64,000 bases of DNA from IMG/VR virus record IMGVR_UViG_2767802241_000002, positions 77,281 through 141,280 of that record, one strand, 5' to 3'. Every line of letters starts with the position of its first letter. The first letter of the stretch is position 1. Source of the stretch: a virus (Duplodnaviria > Caudoviricetes). Shown here piece after piece: positions 58,558 through 64,000 of the stretch. Made by a program: the position numbers and the translations under genes. The notes under the pieces are model-generated. The model was given only the letters and a program-made list of their open reading frames with translations. It had not been told where the DNA came from and searched no databases.

Positions 58558-60203
58558 TGAAAAATCCAGCACTAATTGCCGTACCATTTGCATCAAATGG
58601 TATGAAAAACAAAATTAATATTGCCCGTGAAAATGGTCAAGATCCAGAGGATGCAACGTGGTCACAGGGTTTCCCTCGTATTACGATGACTGCTATTGAA
58701 GATGGTGGTCTACCACCTAAGGGTTTAGATTTTAATGGCGTATTTTATGAGCTTTCAGACAATGCTGCATTTTTAGCAAAAGGTGGTCGTTATAAATTTG
58801 ATGCTAACTTTGTAGAGCAGATCGGCGGTTATAATAAAGGGGCTATACTTCAGTCGGATGATGGGATGGTTGAGTTTTTATGTCTTATTGATGGCAATAA
58901 AAGCAACCCGAATAAAAATCCTGAAGGCTGGAAAGTCTATGCTGGTGGTGACACTAAAATTGAGGATGCATCAACCAGTCAAGCTGGAATTGTAAAGCTA
59001 AATAATACGCTGACGAGTGATAGCACGACGGAAGCGTTGACAGCAAAACAAGGTAAAGCTTTAAAAGAATTAGTAGAGCAAAAACTCGGAAAAAATGACA
59101 CTATAGCCTCAGCTAAAAAGTTGGAAACAGCACGTAAAATCACTTACAACGGTGATGCAACTGGAAGTCTATTATTCGACGGCTCCAAGGATGTTGAGTG
59201 CCAATTAACGCTTAAAGCTAGTGGCGTAAAAGCTGGAAAGTATGGTTCTGCATCGCAATTTCCTGTACTCACGGTGAATGATAAAGGACAAGTTACAGGA
59301 GTTGATTTGAGTGATATTAAATCTGCTTCTACGACTGAAAGCGGTATTGTAAAGCTGGGTGATACGCTGACGAGTGATAGCGCAACAGAAGCACTAACAG
59401 CAAAACAAGGTAAGATTTTAAATGAATCAAAGCTTTCATTAGAGCAAGCCTTATATGATATGAAGCGATCATATCGCCACATTGAGCTTAATATGGGTTC
59501 AATTCAGACCACTCGTGTAGATTTACCGAAAGGGTTTAATGGTGAGATCACAGTAAAAGTCGTTGCTGCTACAGATGGGTTTGTAGACATTATTGGCTCA
59601 ATGGTCATGATTGGTGGTTTGGGTTACGCTACTGGTCGGGACAAATATATCCCCAAAGGCGAGCTTAAATGTACACATATCGGTTTAAATATAGAAAACC
59701 TCTTCTATATTGGTCCGACTGTTTTATGGGACTCAGAAAAGCAAAACGGTTACTTTTACATTTTTAAGAGACAGACAGGGAGCATAACACAATGTTTTTA
59801 TGTAGATTTGCTTTCATCTTATAAAATTACTGATGTCGTGAAATTTACAGACGTTACAAAAACTGTTCCAACTATTATTGATAAAACAAATTTTGTTGAT
59901 GGCGGTTTTGGTGTGAATCAAAAATGGGTTGATCTGAAGAGCCAGCGTAAATTTAATACCATTTACACCAATACATCTGGCGCACCAATATTTATTGCAG
60001 TTTCAGCAAAAAAAGGATCAGGTTCTTTAGATGTTGAATCGCCAGCTATGTATGTGGATGGTGAAATGGTGTGGCAAGAGAGTTGGTTGCTCAGTAAAAT
60101 TATTATTGTTCCTCCGAAGTCTATTTATGAGCTAAGAGCAGATAAAAATCCAACAGCAAATCCTATAATAGAACAATGGGATGAATTTAGGAGGGAAGTT
60201 TAA
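58557..60203 (+). CDS. Tail fibre protein
   Basis: 'GFP..TM.....GG.PP.G.DFNG'; two 'AST...GIVKL..TLTSDS.TEALTAKQGK' repeats. Confidence 0.85.
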   Translation: MKNPALIAVPFASNGMKNKINIARENGQDPEDATWSQGFPRITMTAIEDGGLPPKGLDFNGVFYELSDNAAFLAKGGRYKFDANFVEQIGGYNKGAILQSDDGMVEFLCLIDGNKSNPNKNPEGWKVYAGGDTKIEDASTSQAGIVKLNNTLTSDSTTEALTAKQGKALKELVEQKLGKNDTIASAKKLETARKITYNGDATGSLLFDGSKDVECQLTLKASGVKAGKYGSASQFPVLTVNDKGQVTGVDLSDIKSASTTESGIVKLGDTLTSDSATEALTAKQGKILNESKLSLEQALYDMKRSYRHIELNMGSIQTTRVDLPKGFNGEITVKVVAATDGFVDIIGSMVMIGGLGYATGRDKYIPKGELKCTHIGLNIENLFYIGPTVLWDSEKQNGYFYIFKRQTGSITQCFYVDLLSSYKITDVVKFTDVTKTVPTIIDKTNFVDGGFGVNQKWVDLKSQRKFNTIYTNTSGAPIFIAVSAKKGSGSLDVESPAMYVDGEMVWQESWLLSKIIIVPPKSIYELRADKNPTANPIIEQWDEFRREV

Positions 60204-60607
60204 TGCGATACTTTAAAAAAGATGACTCAATCTATGCATATGATGTGGACCAAGAGCATTTAATTACTGATGAATGTGTAGAATTGCTCGGCAATGAATT
60301 GGATCGACATATCAATCCACAAAATTATCTGACGGATGAGCAACGCTGGGAAATTAAGAAAAACTCGCTTGGTGTTCTTACGCGCCGTCGATTTAAATTA
60401 GCATTGCTTGAAAATGATTTACTTGAAAAGATTGAATCAGAAATAGCAGCAATTCAAGATGATTATCTACGTCAATACATTCAAATTGAGTACCAGGAAG
60501 GTACTGAGTTCCATCGTACCAGTGAGTCGATTCAGGTTATGTGCGATCTACTTGGTCTGACTGAGGATCAAATTAATCAAATGTGGGAACACGCTTTAAC
60601 ACTTTAA
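60203..60607 (+). CDS. Tail fibre assembly-like protein
   Basis: Follows the fibre; 'LT.R.FKLALL...IE......F.R'. Confidence 0.65.
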   Translation: MRYFKKDDSIYAYDVDQEHLITDECVELLGNELDRHINPQNYLTDEQRWEIKKNSLGVLTRRRFKLALLENDLLEKIESEIAAIQDDYLRQYIQIEYQEGTEFHRTSESIQVMCDLLGLTEDQINQMWEHALTL

Positions 60608-60670
60608 CAAATACAGGCATGGACGAGGGCGCTTAAGCGTCTTTTTTTGTGCCTGTAATTAGGAAAGATC

Positions 60671-60952
60671 ATGTCTGAAAACAGTAGTGTTGTCGTCGAT
60701 ACGGCGTCAGCAGCAGTAACTTCTTTGTCCTCAAAAACTGCAATGGTCGGCGGCAGTGTCGGCTTTGTCGCATGGTTTGCATCGTTAGACTGGATCGCCA
60801 TAGTCAGTATCTGCGTTGCAGTCATCGGTGGTGTAATCAGTGTTTGTAATTTCTTTGTAAATCTCAAATATCAACGTCAGAAAAATAAACGTGAGCAGGA
60901 GATTCATGAGCTCACAAAGCGAAAACTGGAAGAGGATTGTGATGTCAAATAA
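60671..60952 (+). CDS. Holin
   Basis: Nearly identical to 15086..15370. Confidence 0.8.
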   Translation: MSENSSVVVDTASAAVTSLSSKTAMVGGSVGFVAWFASLDWIAIVSICVAVIGGVISVCNFFVNLKYQRQKNKREQEIHELTKRKLEEDCDVK

Positions 60953-61451
60953 CACGAAAGTCCCGATCAAAACCCTAGCCGCATCTGCGGCTTTTTTTGT
61001 GGCTTTAATTGGCTATGAGGGTTATAGCTCAAAACCCTATAAAGACAGTGGTGGAGTACCGACTATCGGCATTGGCTCCACGGCGTATGAAAACGGACAA
61101 CGCGTCAAAATGACTGATAAGCCAGTCACTAAAGAACGGGCAATTGAAATATCTAAAGCTCATGTATCTAAAGATGAAATTGCATTTCGAAAATCACTAC
61201 CGGGTGTAAAGCTCAGTCAAACTGAATACGACGTCTATTTAGATTTTACATACAACTTCGGCCAGGCGAACTGGAATAGCTCATCGATGCGCCGCTTACT
61301 CATTCAAGGTCAACATCGGCAAGCCTGTGATGCACTTTTGAAATGGAAATATGTTGCGAAAAAGGATTGTTCAGTCCGATCTAATAATTGCTGGGGCGTC
61401 TGGACCCGACAAGTCGAACGACATAGCAAATGCATGGGGGCAAACTCATGA
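60942..61451 (+). CDS. Endolysin, GH24 lysozyme (SAR-like)
   Basis: EGYSSKPYKDSGGVPTIGIGST catalytic triad. Confidence 0.9.
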   Translation: MSNNTKVPIKTLAASAAFFVALIGYEGYSSKPYKDSGGVPTIGIGSTAYENGQRVKMTDKPVTKERAIEISKAHVSKDEIAFRKSLPGVKLSQTEYDVYLDFTYNFGQANWNSSSMRRLLIQGQHRQACDALLKWKYVAKKDCSVRSNNCWGVWTRQVERHSKCMGANS

Positions 61452-61933
61452 CATATTTATACATTGCTGCAAAGTTTTGGCGAGAAATCTTAATCGGACT
61501 TCTCGCTTTTTTATTGCTGCTGGTTATGGCGCTGCTCAATAGTGAAAAATCAAAGCTCATAAAGTCTGAGGCAAAACATCAAACTTATGTTGTTAACCAG
61601 GACAAATTACTGGCCCAAGCTCAAGCCGATGCTGTAGCCCAAGAAAAGGCAATGACACAAAAACTCTTAGATGCGGAGAGAAACTATAATGCTCAAATCA
61701 AACAAATTACTGCTGATGCTCATGCCGCTGATCTTGCTGCAGACAGCTTGTCAAAGCAACTCAGTGAAGCCCAACGCCGTGTGCCCACAGCTACCACCAA
61801 AACCATCGTTGAATACATTGATACCAGCGCAGACGTACTCAAAGCGTGCGTCGCTGAATATCGAACAGTGGCAGAAGCAGCTGACGGACACGCAGCTGAT
61901 GCACGGCGATTGATTGAGGGGTGGTCTGAGTAG
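61448..61933 (+). CDS. i-spanin (Rz-like)
   Basis: TM segment plus coiled coil. Confidence 0.8.
   Translation: MTYLYIAAKFWREILIGLLAFLLLLVMALLNSEKSKLIKSEAKHQTYVVNQDKLLAQAQADAVAQEKAMTQKLLDAERNYNAQIKQITADAHAADLAADSLSKQLSEAQRRVPTATTKTIVEYIDTSADVLKACVAEYRTVAEAADGHAADARRLIEGWSE
61689..61913 (+). CDS. o-spanin (Rz1-like), nested
   Basis: LQTA-C lipobox, Pro-rich. Confidence 0.75.
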   Translation: MLKSNKLLLMLMPLILLQTACQSNSVKPNAVCPQLPPKPSLNTLIPAQTYSKRASLNIEQWQKQLTDTQLMHGD

Positions 61934-62091
61934 TTCATGTCATCTTTATAGCAAGTGTAGAAGTCTGGGTGAATAGTAGACGTGAAATCCTATAAATAAA
62001 AGCGCTTTATTCAGGAGGCTAAGGCGCTTATGGGTGTATTCTATTGGGTTTAGATTTTCTTAAATAAGAATTCCTATACTAATTCAGTAAA

Positions 62092-62793
62092 TTATCTGAA
62101 TACGCCTACTTCAAAAACCTTTTTCATATCGTCTTTAAACGCTAAAAAATATTTGTCAGCTAACCCCATTGAACCACCTGCATTTGGAAATACTACTATT
62201 TTACAATTTTCAAAATCGTAAAAACTTATTTTGAACTTTATATAACTAGAGCCATCATTTTTTTTAACATCACGTTGCTCTATTCTAGTATTGCCAATTT
62301 GATTCCCTAATATCTCTTTAACATCTTCTCTTTCCTTAATTCGATTAAAGTTATCAGCTAACTCTGATCCAAAAAACAAAATAACAGAAGGGTTTAAAAA
62401 CTTAATATGGCTGATGAAATTCTCATCATATTCTCTATATTCCCCAGGCTCTCTCTTTGTTGGTTGTGAACCTAAAGCCCAGTTAGTCTGAATAAAATAC
62501 TTTTCGAAATTCTCTATTGGTGGTGTATTGATCTGCCATAAGTCAAATATCCACTTTTTAACATTTCTATCATAGACTGAGTTGAGATCTTTTTTAAATC
62601 TTGGTTTTTTATCAAAAAAAGTATATTTTGCTTCGTTATCACAAGTAGAAAAATCAAGGTGCTGAATTCTTTTAGCATCCCCATACTCGTATCCACAAAT
62701 CATTACACCTCTATTATCATTAAAACCCTCAAAAAGAGAATTACCTAAATTGTAATCTTCATGGATGTTGTACTTTTCTTTTTTCACAAACAA
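62092..62793 (-). CDS. Uracil-DNA-glycosylase-superfamily-like cargo protein
   Basis: 'VMICGYEYG', 'IQTNW', 'HI..LNP.VILFFG', 'IVVFPNA' in UDG motif order; AT-rich. Confidence 0.5.
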   Translation of the reverse strand: MFVKKEKYNIHEDYNLGNSLFEGFNDNRGVMICGYEYGDAKRIQHLDFSTCDNEAKYTFFDKKPRFKKDLNSVYDRNVKKWIFDLWQINTPPIENFEKYFIQTNWALGSQPTKREPGEYREYDENFISHIKFLNPSVILFFGSELADNFNRIKEREDVKEILGNQIGNTRIEQRDVKKNDGSSYIKFKISFYDFENCKIVVFPNAGGSMGLADKYFLAFKDDMKKVFEVGVFR

Positions 62794-62980
62794 ACCCCTT
62801 TAAGTTTTTCAAATTAAAAATTATCTCATATCCGTATAAGCGATATTAAGTTAATTTTAGAGAAGTTTAATCAAAACTTCTCTCTTATAAATGGCTAGGT
62901 TAAAACTTGAATTAAGGCTAAACCACCAATCCGTCAACCAAAAATCATTGAAAAAAATGAGTTTTGTCAACCAAGTGGCT

Positions 62981-64000
62981 TTAGCCCTGTGAGTTAAACA
63001 TCTCAACAAGTTCATCGGCATCGGGGTTATAGTAAACATTAACCAGTACTTCTATTTTCTTGTGACCAGTGATCTTCGCTAAGATCTCGACAGGTAACTT
63101 TCGATCTTTAACCATTCTTGAAATCGCTTCATGTCGCGTGTCATGAAAATGCAGATCATCTATATTTGATTTTAATTTTCGTCTTTCCCATAACTGCCTA
63201 AAAGCATCTGAAGTCTGAGGAATTATCTTTTCATCTTCATGGGGTATCAGATTAAGTAATTCTTTGGCAAACAATGAAAGCGGCACATTTCGTTTGGTAC
63301 CATTTTTAGTTTTGGGTAAGTGTACATAACCGTCATATATCTCACTGCGCTGCATACTCAGGATTTCACCACGGCGCATTGCTGTCTCGATAGCAAACAA
63401 GAAACCCCATGCAACATAATGTTGTGGCTTACTGGGCACCTGACCAATTTCGTACTCTAGTAGTTCGAGCATTGTATTGATTTCATCTTGTGAAATTCGT
63501 CTATATCTCGATTCTGGTTTACTTGGCTTGGTGATCTGCATCCACACATTTGAATCCAACAGAAACATTTCTTTCTGTGCGTAGGTGAACATTGCAGAAT
63601 AAAGTGAAATTTCTTTGAGTACAGTGTTATCTGAAACTTCTTTAATTCTTTTATTTCGCCATAGGGTTAAATCTTGTGGCGTAATTTCATAGATACTTTT
63701 GTGCGCAATTACGCCAAGCTTTCTGTCGAAAGTATTGTATTGGGATAAGATCCAGTTTTTTGATTTTGAGTGCTTACCAACTTTATCCCAGTATTCATCA
63801 AATAATTGTTTGAATGAGTAGGGTGGTTTAGCATCATTTTCTACAGTCTGACCATTGCTAGACTTATGTTCAAGTAATTTTGTTGCCGCCCATTGCTCAC
63901 ATTCTCTCGCTGTATCACGAGTGGCAGAAAGACGCTTACCATTGATCATAATCTCAATTCTGTAAGCATCACCTCTTTTTCTTGGTTTTGGAATTTTCAT
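62981..64000 (-). CDS. int: Tyrosine integrase of prophage C
   Basis: TAMRRGE, HFHDTRH, TGH and YY motifs; ATG at the window edge. Confidence 0.95.
   Translation of the reverse strand: MKIPKPRKRGDAYRIEIMINGKRLSATRDTARECEQWAATKLLEHKSSNGQTVENDAKPPYSFKQLFDEYWDKVGKHSKSKNWILSQYNTFDRKLGVIAHKSIYEITPQDLTLWRNKRIKEVSDNTVLKEISLYSAMFTYAQKEMFLLDSNVWMQITKPSKPESRYRRISQDEINTMLELLEYEIGQVPSKPQHYVAWGFLFAIETAMRRGEILSMQRSEIYDGYVHLPKTKNGTKRNVPLSLFAKELLNLIPHEDEKIIPQTSDAFRQLWERRKLKSNIDDLHFHDTRHEAISRMVKDRKLPVEILAKITGHKKIEVLVNVYYNPDADELVEMFNSQG

Larger units (their letters stand above)
21190..64000. mobile_element. Prophage C, contractile-tailed temperate phage, nearly complete
   Basis: xis, recombination, cI/cro, replication, Q, terminase, portal, capsid, sheath, baseplate, lysis and int; the second att is expected just beyond 64000. 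Confidence 0.95.

Noticed and set aside
58965-59416. Invertible or shufflon repeats in the tail fibre
   Set aside because: Direct in-frame repeats of a common fibre motif; no invertase or inverted sites.
62857-63039. Small ORF overlapping the integrase end
   Set aside because: No RBS or recognisable motif; treated as a conserved non-coding element instead.
1-64000. CRISPR array, DGR, retron or IS element
   Set aside because: No regularly spaced repeats, reverse transcriptase motifs or transposase ORF seen.

Overview
A roughly 40% GC window that looks like an Acinetobacter/Moraxellaceae prophage pile-up; the host is inferred from the gene families. It holds three abutting elements. (A) 1-~17.96 kb is the right part of a long-tailed prophage: neck, tail tube, tape measure, DUF2460/DUF2163/NlpC tail tip, SGNH-esterase tailspike, lysis cassette and a HEPN cargo gene. 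(B) ~18.06-21.2 kb is a deleted prophage remnant reduced to a spanin stub, a PAAR-effector-immunity cassette and a tyrosine integrase. (C) ~21.2-64 kb is an apparently complete contractile-tailed prophage, from a tRNA-Val(GAC) 3'-half att copy and xis through immunity, replication, head, tail and lysis genes to its integrase at the window edge. The most striking observation is that both tape measure proteins carry embedded cell-wall hydrolase domains and sit beside small secreted or lipoprotein genes that look like cognate immunity proteins. In C the domains are a Tae3-like amidase plus GH19; in A it is a circularly permuted M23 peptidase. Other highlights are a dual-frame two-polypeptide C5 methyltransferase, a variable cargo slot after the spanins (HEPN, PAAR module, UDG-like), an Ibs-like peptide/RHH operon, a tRNA-like structured RNA and terminators inside both endolysin genes. 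Many single-base indels at ~30.5-39.3 kb may be sequencing errors. All family calls come from motif recognition by eye; no database search was run.
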